64,000 bases of DNA from Rhizobiaceae bacterium (GTDB lineage Bacteria; Pseudomonadota; Alphaproteobacteria; Rhizobiales; Rhizobiaceae). How positions within the stretch are numbered: position 1 is the stretch's first letter; each line of letters begins with the position of its first letter. A model generated the notes under the pieces. It ran no database searches and was not told where the DNA came from. It saw only the letters and a program-made list of their open reading frames with translations. This document shows positions 10,385 to 18,887 of the stretch, in pieces. The position numbers and the translations under genes are program-made. Where the stretch lies: positions 2,738,656 through 2,802,655 of the forward strand of contig CBDDLK010000001.1 of assembly GCA_965230715.1 (NCBI GenBank). Direction: 5' to 3'.

Positions 10385-11239
10385 ATGAGAAACTTCGAAA
10401 ACAAGGTGGCTGTTGTCACTGGCGGCGCGGCAGGAATAGGTCTGGCGGTTGGCCGCGAACTAGCTAATGCAGGCTGCCTTGTCACTTTAATGGATTTTCG
10501 TCTTGAACCTTTGGAAGCAGCGCAAAAGGCATTAAACGACGAGGGAACAAAGGTAGATATTGCTCATCTCGATGTCGCAGACAAAAAGCATGTGGATCAG
10601 GCTGCCGAGAAAATCGGCGAAAAATTTGGTCGTATCGATATATTGGTAAACAATGCAGGTGTGTCGCTCAGGAGCAAGAAAATCGAGGAAGTTACCGAAG
10701 ACGACTGGAATTGGCTGTTAGGCGTTAACGTGTTGGGTATCATGAACTGCTCAAATGCATTTTTGCCGTATATGCGCGTGTCCGGTGAGGGTGGTCATAT
10801 TGTCAATGTTTCTTCTTTTAGCGGTTTTCGGGTCAATGCTGCGCGAAAGACAACCGCGTATGCCGCTTCCAAATATGCCGCCGTTGCCATATCTGAAGCC
10901 CAGGAGCAGGAACTTGCGGACGAGGGAATAGGCGTTTCGCTGGTGGCTCCTGCTGCTGTAAACACCGATATCTACCGCAGTTGGTTCTACAAGGATGAAG
11001 TTGATGGGCAGGACACGACAAACCTGATACCCGACGCACCAGACGACATCGCCAATGGTTACGATCCGTCACGGATTGGCCGTCAGATTGTGCACGCGAT
11101 AGAGAACAACCAGTTTTATGTTTTCACCCACCCGCACACCAGGGACTGGGCACAAGAACGGATGGACCGGATAATGCGCGCGTTCGACGATACGGATGCA
11201 TTTGACACGCTCGAACAGCAACGCATGGCAGAGGGTTGA
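10385..11239 (+). CDS. short-chain dehydrogenase/reductase (SDR)
   Basis: It has TGGAAGIG cofactor and YAASKYA catalytic motifs. Confidence 0.88.
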   Translation: MRNFENKVAVVTGGAAGIGLAVGRELANAGCLVTLMDFRLEPLEAAQKALNDEGTKVDIAHLDVADKKHVDQAAEKIGEKFGRIDILVNNAGVSLRSKKIEEVTEDDWNWLLGVNVLGIMNCSNAFLPYMRVSGEGGHIVNVSSFSGFRVNAARKTTAYAASKYAAVAISEAQEQELADEGIGVSLVAPAAVNTDIYRSWFYKDEVDGQDTTNLIPDAPDDIANGYDPSRIGRQIVHAIENNQFYVFTHPHTRDWAQERMDRIMRAFDDTDAFDTLEQQRMAEG

Positions 11240-11244
11240 GGGAC

Positions 11245-12156
11245 ATGAACGCAACCCCGAATACCGCGTTTGAAGTCAAGGTCACCCGAGACATCAACTA
11301 TGGACACTCCGGCATAAACTACGGTGACGCGTCGAAAGAACCCCAATCGCGCGCCATGCACATGGACGCCTATCACCCTGAGGACGGCGCTTCCTGCACT
11401 TTGAGGCCAGCCATCGTGTTGGCGTTTGGAGGGGCTTTTCATACCGGTTCGAAAGAGCGGGATTTCCACGAAGAATGGGTCGACGGGGTACATCACTGCA
11501 CAACCCCCATTGCCGAGTATTGCCATTGGCTGGCAAGTCTGGGGTATGTGTGTTTCTCGGTGGATTACCGAAAGATGTCGGAAGACCCCGACCCAGGCAC
11601 CACTCCGGTTCTTCAGGACCGGGGAGCAATGTCGCGTTCCGCGATTGATCGTGTTCGTTCCCGCGAAGGTCTGCCGGTCCTGACGGACGAGCAGGTGGCT
11701 GACGGCTTTGAGGCTGCTGCCGATGACCTCGATATGGCCATTAGATACGTCCATGACAATGCAACCCAATTCGGCATTGATCCGCAACGGATTGCCGCCG
11801 GCGGGTTTTCCGCTGGTGGAACATCCGCCCTTTATGCGGTATTCGGACATGGCGCACCCGCCAAGGCGGTACTAACCATTTCGGGACGGTTGGAAGAACC
11901 CGACATCGACCACTACGTCGGTAAAGACGTAAATATCGCCCCTTCGATATTGCAGGTGGTCGGCTCCGACGATTTTGACTATGTCGTCCATCTGAATGGC
12001 ATCATGGCTGAAAAATTCAAGCAAACCGGCATGGACGCCAGTGTTGCAGAAGTGATCGGCGGCAGGCACTTCTTTCAGAGAACGGCGCCGCTAGCCGGGC
12101 GAGATGGCAGAACTGTTTCCGACGCTGTTCAAGCATTCTTTGACAGCAAGCTTTAG
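11245..12156 (+). CDS. alpha/beta hydrolase (carboxylesterase/lipase-like)
   Basis: It has a GGFSAGG nucleophile elbow and an FGGAF oxyanion region. The ATG at 11245 is preferred over the TTG at 11236. Confidence 0.75.
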   Translation: MNATPNTAFEVKVTRDINYGHSGINYGDASKEPQSRAMHMDAYHPEDGASCTLRPAIVLAFGGAFHTGSKERDFHEEWVDGVHHCTTPIAEYCHWLASLGYVCFSVDYRKMSEDPDPGTTPVLQDRGAMSRSAIDRVRSREGLPVLTDEQVADGFEAAADDLDMAIRYVHDNATQFGIDPQRIAAGGFSAGGTSALYAVFGHGAPAKAVLTISGRLEEPDIDHYVGKDVNIAPSILQVVGSDDFDYVVHLNGIMAEKFKQTGMDASVAEVIGGRHFFQRTAPLAGRDGRTVSDAVQAFFDSKL

Positions 12157-12187
12157 AGAAAAAAGGGGCGCGAAACATTCGCGCCCC
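12157..12187 (-). terminator. intrinsic terminator after the ferredoxin-reductase gene (hairpin shared with the convergent esterase gene)
   Basis: A perfect 10-bp stem GGGGCGCGAA-aca-TTCGCGCCCC (12165-12187) is followed on the minus strand by TTTTTTCTCT. Confidence 0.75.
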
Positions 12188-12230
12188 AGTGGATGGCCCA
12201 AGCAGGGAGGATGCAAACCGGGCCGGGTAA

Positions 12231-13475
12231 TTACACAAGTCCCAGAACCTCAAGGATCGGCGCTTCGCGGTCTTTCAGTCTCTCCACATCAACCCTTTCG
12301 TTCAATGGCAAGGCTCGACGGCACGCCATAAATTCCTTGGCACCGTTAAATACATCGGAAGCCAAAATCCGCCCATCCTTCAGGTAATAGACACTGAACG
12401 GCACTTTTCCGAACTCACCGCGAACGACCATCTGGTCATAACCCTCCGACAAGCCTACCATCTGCAACTTGACCCCGAATTGATCGGTCCAGAACCATGG
12501 CAGCGCTTTATAGGTTTCGTCTTCACCCAGCATCGCCATCGCGGCGATGCGAGCCTGGTCGGTGGCATTTTGAACCGACTCAAGCCGAAGGTGACACTTA
12601 TAGATTGGGTTGAAATGGCGGGTACAATCTCCGGCGGCAAAAATGTTCGGATCGCTCGTGCGACATGCCTCGTCGACTACAATTCCATTGTCGCATTCAA
12701 GTCCCGCATTTGCCGCCAGTTCGTCGTTGACCTCGACACCAATTCCCACAACCACAATATCTGCGCCAAGCTCAACATCGTCACAGGTCACGCTAACCAC
12801 GGAGCTTTCTCCGTTCAGGGAAGTGACGGACACGCCGGTTCTGATATCGACTCCGTTCTCACGGTGCAATTGTGCGTAGTACTCTGACAATTCCGCAGGC
12901 ATGATTCTCGGCATCAGTCGCGAAGCACTTTCCAGCACCACCACTTCCTTGCCCAGTTTGCGTGCGGCAGCAGCCATTTCCAAACCGATAAACCCTCCGC
13001 CGATAACCACGACCCGCTCGCTCCCGGAGAGCCTTTCGCGGATTGCATCTGCGTCGGCAAGCCCACGCAGACAATACACACCATCCAGATGTGATCCAGG
13101 AACCGAAAGCTGCCGCGCCCGTGTACCGGTAGCCAAAAGCAATTTGTCGTAGGAAAGCGTTCTGCCATCCGAAAGCTTCAACTTGCGGCCTTGGCGGTCC
13201 AACGATGTCGCGTGCGTGTCTGACAGCAACTCAATGTTCTGCTCATCAAAGAAACCCTCCGGCCGCAATGCCAGTCGCTCCATGTTCATGTCGCCAACCA
13301 GATACTGCTTGGACAATGGCGGACGCTGGTATGGCAGGTGCCCCTCGCCGTTTACCAGGACAATGCGCCCCGAGAAGCCGCGTCTTCTAAGGGTATCGGC
13401 AGCTTGGACACCGCATTGTCCTGCACCGACGATAACAATGTTGTCGGTAGCAGGCTTGCTGTTAGTTTCTTTCAT
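12231..13475 (-). CDS. FAD-dependent NAD(P)H:ferredoxin reductase (putidaredoxin-reductase-like)
   Basis: It has two Rossmann motifs, VIVGAGQCG and VVIGGGFIGLE. Length is 414 aa. Confidence 0.9.
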   Translation of the reverse strand: MKETNSKPATDNIVIVGAGQCGVQAADTLRRRGFSGRIVLVNGEGHLPYQRPPLSKQYLVGDMNMERLALRPEGFFDEQNIELLSDTHATSLDRQGRKLKLSDGRTLSYDKLLLATGTRARQLSVPGSHLDGVYCLRGLADADAIRERLSGSERVVVIGGGFIGLEMAAAARKLGKEVVVLESASRLMPRIMPAELSEYYAQLHRENGVDIRTGVSVTSLNGESSVVSVTCDDVELGADIVVVGIGVEVNDELAANAGLECDNGIVVDEACRTSDPNIFAAGDCTRHFNPIYKCHLRLESVQNATDQARIAAMAMLGEDETYKALPWFWTDQFGVKLQMVGLSEGYDQMVVRGEFGKVPFSVYYLKDGRILASDVFNGAKEFMACRRALPLNERVDVERLKDREAPILEVLGLV

Positions 13476-13502
13476 GATCTTGTCCGGGATTTCAGGTTTT
13501 AA

Positions 13503-13697
13503 TCAATCCACGATCGAGATGACAACAGCCGGACACAGCTCGATTGCCAACTCGATGTCTTTTCGTGCGGACTCTGGCGGATTCTCATTCAGCACCACAA
13601 CCACGCCATCCTCATCCCTTTGATCAAAGATTTCCGGGGCGGCCAGAACACATTGCCCGGCACCACAACATTTGGATTCATCGATTTCAATCTTCAT
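13503..13697 (-). CDS. small single-cluster ferredoxin
   Basis: The 64-aa product is MKIEIDESKCCGAGQCVLAAP...CPAVVISIVD. AAGGAG lies 7 nt upstream of the ATG at 13697. Confidence 0.85.
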   Translation of the reverse strand: MKIEIDESKCCGAGQCVLAAPEIFDQRDEDGVVVVLNENPPESARKDIELAIELCPAVVISIVD

Positions 13698-14097
13698 TTT
13701 TATTCTCCTTGTGTGCATCCATCTCGGACAATCGAACAGTTCGATCGATTTTTATACACTCTTACAAAGCTAACTTGTTTACTATTGTTTCATCAAGGCT
13801 GATGCATCAAGGCGATCCAACCCTTTATCATTCATCCACCGTATTCCATCTTCAACATTTTCACGACCTCACAACCACACAGACAATGAAATCCGCTTCG
13901 CGCCATTATTACCGAAGCTACACAAATTTTCTATAATTATCTTTTTTATTTACTTTTGTTACAAAGATATTATTCTAATAGCAAGCCCATAGAAGGCCGA
14001 GGCAAAACAAGGTCCGCAAGAAAACAGCCAGAAGGTGCAATCCGGCTTTCGTGACGGGCACATGACATTACTCATTCCCCGTGAACGGAGAACAAAG

Positions 14098-15288
14098 ATG
14101 AATGCCCATGCTCCTGCGACCCAACCAACTGACCCGGAACTGCGCGATACGTTCATCAATGGCATGAGCCACGCCGCTTGCACCGTAAACATTATCACAA
14201 CAGACGGGCCTGCCGGGAAAGGCGGCGTAACGGTCTCGGCAATGTCTTCGGTTAGCGCTGACACTCCAAAGCCAACGCTGCTGGTTTGCGTTCATCATTT
14301 GTCTCCTGTCGCAGAACAGATCAAGGTCAACGGTTGTTTCGTGGTAAACGTTCTGCGCGACGATCAGGCCTATATTTCTGATACCTTCGCAGGCCGGTTC
14401 AAAGACCAGGTAACGGACAAGTTTGACTGCACCGAATGGACCAACATGTCGTCGGGCGCCCCCCGGGTTGTCGACCCTTTGGTTGGTTTCGACTGCAAAG
14501 TCGTTTCCGCAGAGCAGGTCGGAACCCATTACGTTTTTTTCGGTGAAGTTCAGGACATTTTCATCTCAGGTCGCGGGTCTCCATTGATTTATGCCAACCG
14601 GGCTTATGGTTCTGCGAACCGAATCGAGCCAGTCAACTCCATTGGTGACGGGCGGCAAGAAGCCGATCGCAAACTGTCCATCGGATGTTTCCACTCTTTT
14701 GGACCATTTGTCGTTCCAGAAATCATCCACGGCCTTACAAAAGCCGATGCAAACCTTTCAATATCTGTCGTGGAAGGCGATCAGCGCCGCCTGCAGGAAG
14801 CGTTATTGTCAGGCGAATGTGAAGTAGGCCTGATGTATGAAGACGAGATGCCCGAAGAAATTGGTTACGACATTATGGCCCGGCTTGAACTGTATGTTCT
14901 TCTTGCCGAAAACGACCCATTGACCAAAAATGAGAGCATCGGGCCGGAAGACCTGGCAGACCGTCCATTGATCTATCTTCAGGGACTGCCTACCGATGCT
15001 TTCCTCGCAGATGTTCAAGCCACTTGTGGCCGGGATCCCAAGATCGCATACAGACCAAGATCCCTGGAAATGGCGCGCTCGATGGTAGGACATGGTTTGG
15101 GATACACAGTGTTGGCTACGAAGCCGGCCTCTGCCATGACTTATGACGGCAAGGCACTGACCTCGCGTACCTATGCAGGTAACAACGGCTCGATGAACAT
15201 TGTCCTTGCCGTTTTGAAAGACGCAGACCTGTCCCCCGCTGCGCAACAATTCCACAAGTTCTGCAGGACGTTCTTTGATTTGGACTGA
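14098..15288 (+). CDS. fusion protein: NADH:flavin reductase-like domain + LysR-type effector-binding domain, no HTH
   Basis: The N-terminal half has LRDTFINGMSHAACTVNIITT and GVTVSAMSSVS...LLVCV (HpaC-like). The C-terminal half has LSIGCFHSFGPFVVPEIIHGL and GHGLGYTVLA (LTTR co-inducer domain). GGAG lies before the ATG at 14098. Confidence 0.8.
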   Translation: MNAHAPATQPTDPELRDTFINGMSHAACTVNIITTDGPAGKGGVTVSAMSSVSADTPKPTLLVCVHHLSPVAEQIKVNGCFVVNVLRDDQAYISDTFAGRFKDQVTDKFDCTEWTNMSSGAPRVVDPLVGFDCKVVSAEQVGTHYVFFGEVQDIFISGRGSPLIYANRAYGSANRIEPVNSIGDGRQEADRKLSIGCFHSFGPFVVPEIIHGLTKADANLSISVVEGDQRRLQEALLSGECEVGLMYEDEMPEEIGYDIMARLELYVLLAENDPLTKNESIGPEDLADRPLIYLQGLPTDAFLADVQATCGRDPKIAYRPRSLEMARSMVGHGLGYTVLATKPASAMTYDGKALTSRTYAGNNGSMNIVLAVLKDADLSPAAQQFHKFCRTFFDLD

Positions 15289-15327
15289 GGGTCGCCGCAC
15301 CTGCCGATGAGCTAACCCGGAAACAAA

Positions 15328-16971
15328 TCAGATCAAGAAAACGGATCGTTCCGGCATGGTGGTGTTTGCAATGATTTTGTCATGCAGCATGGTTGCGGAA
15401 GGGACAGCTTCGTTAAGCGTGAAATCAGCACAAGCTTCAATAATGTCAGGTCGACTATGGGCATTTTTGCCTTGGGCCATCCTTTGCCAGGTCGCCGCGA
15501 ACCAAACCCATCCACTAAGCATGACGTAGTTATGCGCGGCAAACCCGACATCATCCATCTGGCGCACCCGGGCTGTCGCATCGCGCCACAAACCCAACAG
15601 GTGTTCAACTAGCCTGTCGTCCCCGGCATGTTGCAGGACATGGGTTTCGAAGGCAGATGCATAATCTGTTGCAGAAATCTTCAACAGCCGTCCGGCGACC
15701 CCCATCGACAGCACACCGTTCGTACCTTCAAAAATCGACAAAATCCTCGCGTCACGCGTGATCTGCTCGGTCTGTGTTTCCCGGCAATACCCGTAACCTC
15801 CGTGCGTTTGCACACCCAGATATGAAGCCTCTTGCGCCGCTTCCGTACAATAAACCTTAAGCATGGGGGTCAGGAATTCCAGTGCCGGATTGGCCGGATC
15901 CAATTGCAGCGTGACAGCTGCATCATATACCATAGCCCGACATCCAAGCGCCAGCGAGTACATTCGCAACAACATGCGCTGAACGTCCCGGTGCCCGGCA
16001 ATCGTGTCGTTCGCCCCCAGTTCCGATTGCGGCCTTCCCTGCTTTCGGTCCTGAACATAAGCCCATGCGCGCTGGCGTGCGGTCTCTGCCAGCCCAACCC
16101 CACCAAGTGCAACATCCATCCGTTCGGAATTCATCATGGTGAACATGTTCTTGAGACCTTCGCCGACATTTCCAACCAATGATGCAGTGGCACCTTCCAA
16201 TGCGACCTGGCAGGTCGGAGAACCATGCAGGCCCATTTTCTCTTCAATGGCTGTGACCGCAACCTTGTTGCGGCTTCCGTCGGGATTGACTGACGTACAA
16301 ACAAAAAGGGACAGGCCTCCCATGCCCGATGGGGCCCCCTCGGTCCGAGCCAGTACGAGATGAACAATATTCTCCGTAAGGTCGTGATCTGCGGCTGTGA
16401 TGAAACACTTGTTACCAGTCAGCGACCAGGTGCCATCTTCATTGGAGACGGCCTTTGTTGAAACCCGCGCCAAATCTGATCCGGCACCGGGTTCGGTCAA
16501 GCACATGGTCGACAACCATTCGCCGGACACCAACTTGGGCAAACAGGCCTGCTTTTGTTCATCGGTACCATGCGAGTGCAAGGTTTTAATACATCCTTGT
16601 GGAAGCGTTAGAATGGTGGCAATGCCAAGACAAGCACTGGACAACATTTCTGCCTGCACACGTCCCAACACGAAAGGCAAATCTTGCCCTCCAAATTCAA
16701 CTGGCGCTGTGATTGAAGGCCACCCTGCTTCAACATATCCATCGTAGAATGCACGAAACCCTTCAGGCAGTTTCACGCGACCGCCAACCATTTGTGCACC
16801 CGGATCATCGGCCAACGTGTCCAATGGCGCGAGAACGTTGCCAATATAGCGGCCCATCATTTCGACCACTTCGGCAGACAGTTCGCTATCCCAATCGGGC
16901 AAGCGATCGACGCCCGCCCCGAATTTTAAGGCAAACAGTATATCCTCGACGGGGGCAGAATAGTTGACCAT
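15328..16971 (-). CDS. acyl-CoA dehydrogenase, long (547 aa) form with N-terminal extension domain
   Basis: It has the CLTEPGAGSDL and GGYGY ACAD motifs. Confidence 0.88.
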   Translation of the reverse strand: MVNYSAPVEDILFALKFGAGVDRLPDWDSELSAEVVEMMGRYIGNVLAPLDTLADDPGAQMVGGRVKLPEGFRAFYDGYVEAGWPSITAPVEFGGQDLPFVLGRVQAEMLSSACLGIATILTLPQGCIKTLHSHGTDEQKQACLPKLVSGEWLSTMCLTEPGAGSDLARVSTKAVSNEDGTWSLTGNKCFITAADHDLTENIVHLVLARTEGAPSGMGGLSLFVCTSVNPDGSRNKVAVTAIEEKMGLHGSPTCQVALEGATASLVGNVGEGLKNMFTMMNSERMDVALGGVGLAETARQRAWAYVQDRKQGRPQSELGANDTIAGHRDVQRMLLRMYSLALGCRAMVYDAAVTLQLDPANPALEFLTPMLKVYCTEAAQEASYLGVQTHGGYGYCRETQTEQITRDARILSIFEGTNGVLSMGVAGRLLKISATDYASAFETHVLQHAGDDRLVEHLLGLWRDATARVRQMDDVGFAAHNYVMLSGWVWFAATWQRMAQGKNAHSRPDIIEACADFTLNEAVPSATMLHDKIIANTTMPERSVFLI

Positions 16972-16986
16972 GGGGATACCGTGAAG

Positions 16987-17661
16987 CTATTCGGTTGGAA
17001 TCGGAGCTTCGCCAAAGAATGACTTGGGATAGTAATTCCGAAAATCCTCGTCGATGCGACTGAACGGCAGTTCGCTCCAGTAGCCATGGTCCTTGAGGTA
17101 TTCCATCCGGGTATTATTATCTGAGTCATACTCCTGGAGAATGGCATGGTTCCGACCGTCGAATTCTGTCGGTGCGACACCGGTTTTGTCACACAGCTCC
17201 TTGTTAAAAGCCGGCACAGCCTTGACCCACTTGCCTTCCAGATACATTACCGCGTAACCATGATGCAGAAACACCGTTTTGCCTGCCATGGCCCGTTCGA
17301 CCTTGGGTGAGGTAAAGTGGTTGATCACATCGCTAAGGCCGATCACGGCTGGAATTCCAGCCGCTCGTGCAGTCGCAACCAAAAGGGATGCTTTGGGAAT
17401 GCAGAACGCAGACCCCTTTGCGATGACGTCGCTCGCGACATAGATGTCCGGGGTCATTCGAATGCCGAAAATGTCATAACGGAACTCATCGCGAATTGCA
17501 TAGAACAACCGGATGGCCTTCTTGATTTCATTGGTTTCGTCATCGATCACGCGTTCGACAAATGCCTGTACAGACGGTGTTTCGAAATCAAAAAACCGCG
17601 TGGGAGCCAGGTTTTCAACACTGGGTTCAGGATCACCGTAAGGCGTGAATATCATTGTCAT
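16987..17661 (-). CDS. transglutaminase-like (Cys-His-Asp fold) protein
   Basis: GSAFCIPKASLL and HHGYAVMYLEGKW match the transglutaminase-core Cys and His regions. The start at MTMIF abuts the upstream stop. Confidence 0.65.
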   Translation of the reverse strand: MTMIFTPYGDPEPSVENLAPTRFFDFETPSVQAFVERVIDDETNEIKKAIRLFYAIRDEFRYDIFGIRMTPDIYVASDVIAKGSAFCIPKASLLVATARAAGIPAVIGLSDVINHFTSPKVERAMAGKTVFLHHGYAVMYLEGKWVKAVPAFNKELCDKTGVAPTEFDGRNHAILQEYDSDNNTRMEYLKDHGYWSELPFSRIDEDFRNYYPKSFFGEAPIPTE

Positions 17662-18887
17662 GTCCTCTCGTTTGACGGGCGTTGCGAGACTTCGATTACC
17701 ATCGCGAATCCGGAGTCCCCGGCGGCACATCCATTGTAAAGACCAAGACCGCCACCGCGCGCGACCAGTTCTTCAATCAGTTCGATAATGACACGCGTTC
17801 CGGTGGGGCCTTGTGGATGGCCAAAAACCAGCGAGCAACCATAGTTGTTCATTTTCATCACGTCGAACCCAGTCTCACGGGCAAAAACGATGTCATTGAC
17901 GACAAATGGATTGTGAGACTTTACTGCATCAATGTCTGTAATCTGCAACCCTGCCCGCTGTAGGGCAGTCTTGGTTGCCGGTACAGGCGCAAACGGCATG
18001 AACCCTCGCTCTGCCCTGCCCTGTGCATATGAAAGAATACGTATACGAATGTTCGAATCGGCCGAAATTTCGCGAGCCTTGTCAGAACTTGCAACTATCA
18101 TTGATGCGTTGCCATCGGCAGGGTGTGTCTGGCCGGCAAAAGTAACCGTACCTCCCGGTGTTGCTGGCTTGAGCCGGTCGAGATCGTCGCGCGAAGGGTT
18201 GTGCACACCCACATCGCCGTCGATTGTTTCGATAACCTTGGCCAGCTTGGCGTCTGGCGCTCCAAATGGCAGGGTCATGTAACGCCGCTGAAACGCCCGA
18301 TCGTTTGCAAGTGCCTCGCCATATTGCTGGTATCGGCGCATAACAACATCATGCTGTTCCGACGTTTCAATTCCCCATTTTTCTGCACAGTTTTCAGCTG
18401 TTTGCACCACCGGTTCGCGCAAATGCGGCGCATCTGAGAAATTATCAATGTAAAAAGCTTCTGTTTGTGGAATACCACCCGGCCCACCGTCTCCGGCGTA
18501 GGTAATGAATGCGCCGTTGGAGGCCCGGTCGCATGTGACTACCAACGATGTCAGCGCGACACCCTCATTCACCTCGGTTGCTGAAAACGCAATCGCCCGC
18601 GGTCCGGTCTGGCACGCCTGCACCACCGTTGGGCCAGGAACATTATCAACCCCGATCATCGACATGACCCAAGGCGCACCCCAGAACGAGCGCCATTGAG
18701 GCACCGTCACACCAAGGGTTGAATGATCGAACAGGTCCGGCGCGATGCCGCGCGTATCAAGCTCGTTCTTTGCAACATGGGCAGCAAATTTCATTGAATG
18801 CAAATGTGCAAATGCACCCTGCCATTTCACGAACGGCGTAGACCAGTAACCACGAAACGGTATTTCCACGTTTTCAAGCATGGTCAT
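17658..18887 (-). CDS. thiolase-family protein
   Basis: It has VVQACQTG (nucleophile Cys), VFGHPQGPTG (His) and NGCAAGD (C-terminal Cys). Its ATG overlaps the stop of the upstream ligase gene (ATGA). Confidence 0.8.
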   Translation of the reverse strand: MTMLENVEIPFRGYWSTPFVKWQGAFAHLHSMKFAAHVAKNELDTRGIAPDLFDHSTLGVTVPQWRSFWGAPWVMSMIGVDNVPGPTVVQACQTGPRAIAFSATEVNEGVALTSLVVTCDRASNGAFITYAGDGGPGGIPQTEAFYIDNFSDAPHLREPVVQTAENCAEKWGIETSEQHDVVMRRYQQYGEALANDRAFQRRYMTLPFGAPDAKLAKVIETIDGDVGVHNPSRDDLDRLKPATPGGTVTFAGQTHPADGNASMIVASSDKAREISADSNIRIRILSYAQGRAERGFMPFAPVPATKTALQRAGLQITDIDAVKSHNPFVVNDIVFARETGFDVMKMNNYGCSLVFGHPQGPTGTRVIIELIEELVARGGGLGLYNGCAAGDSGFAMVIEVSQRPSNERT

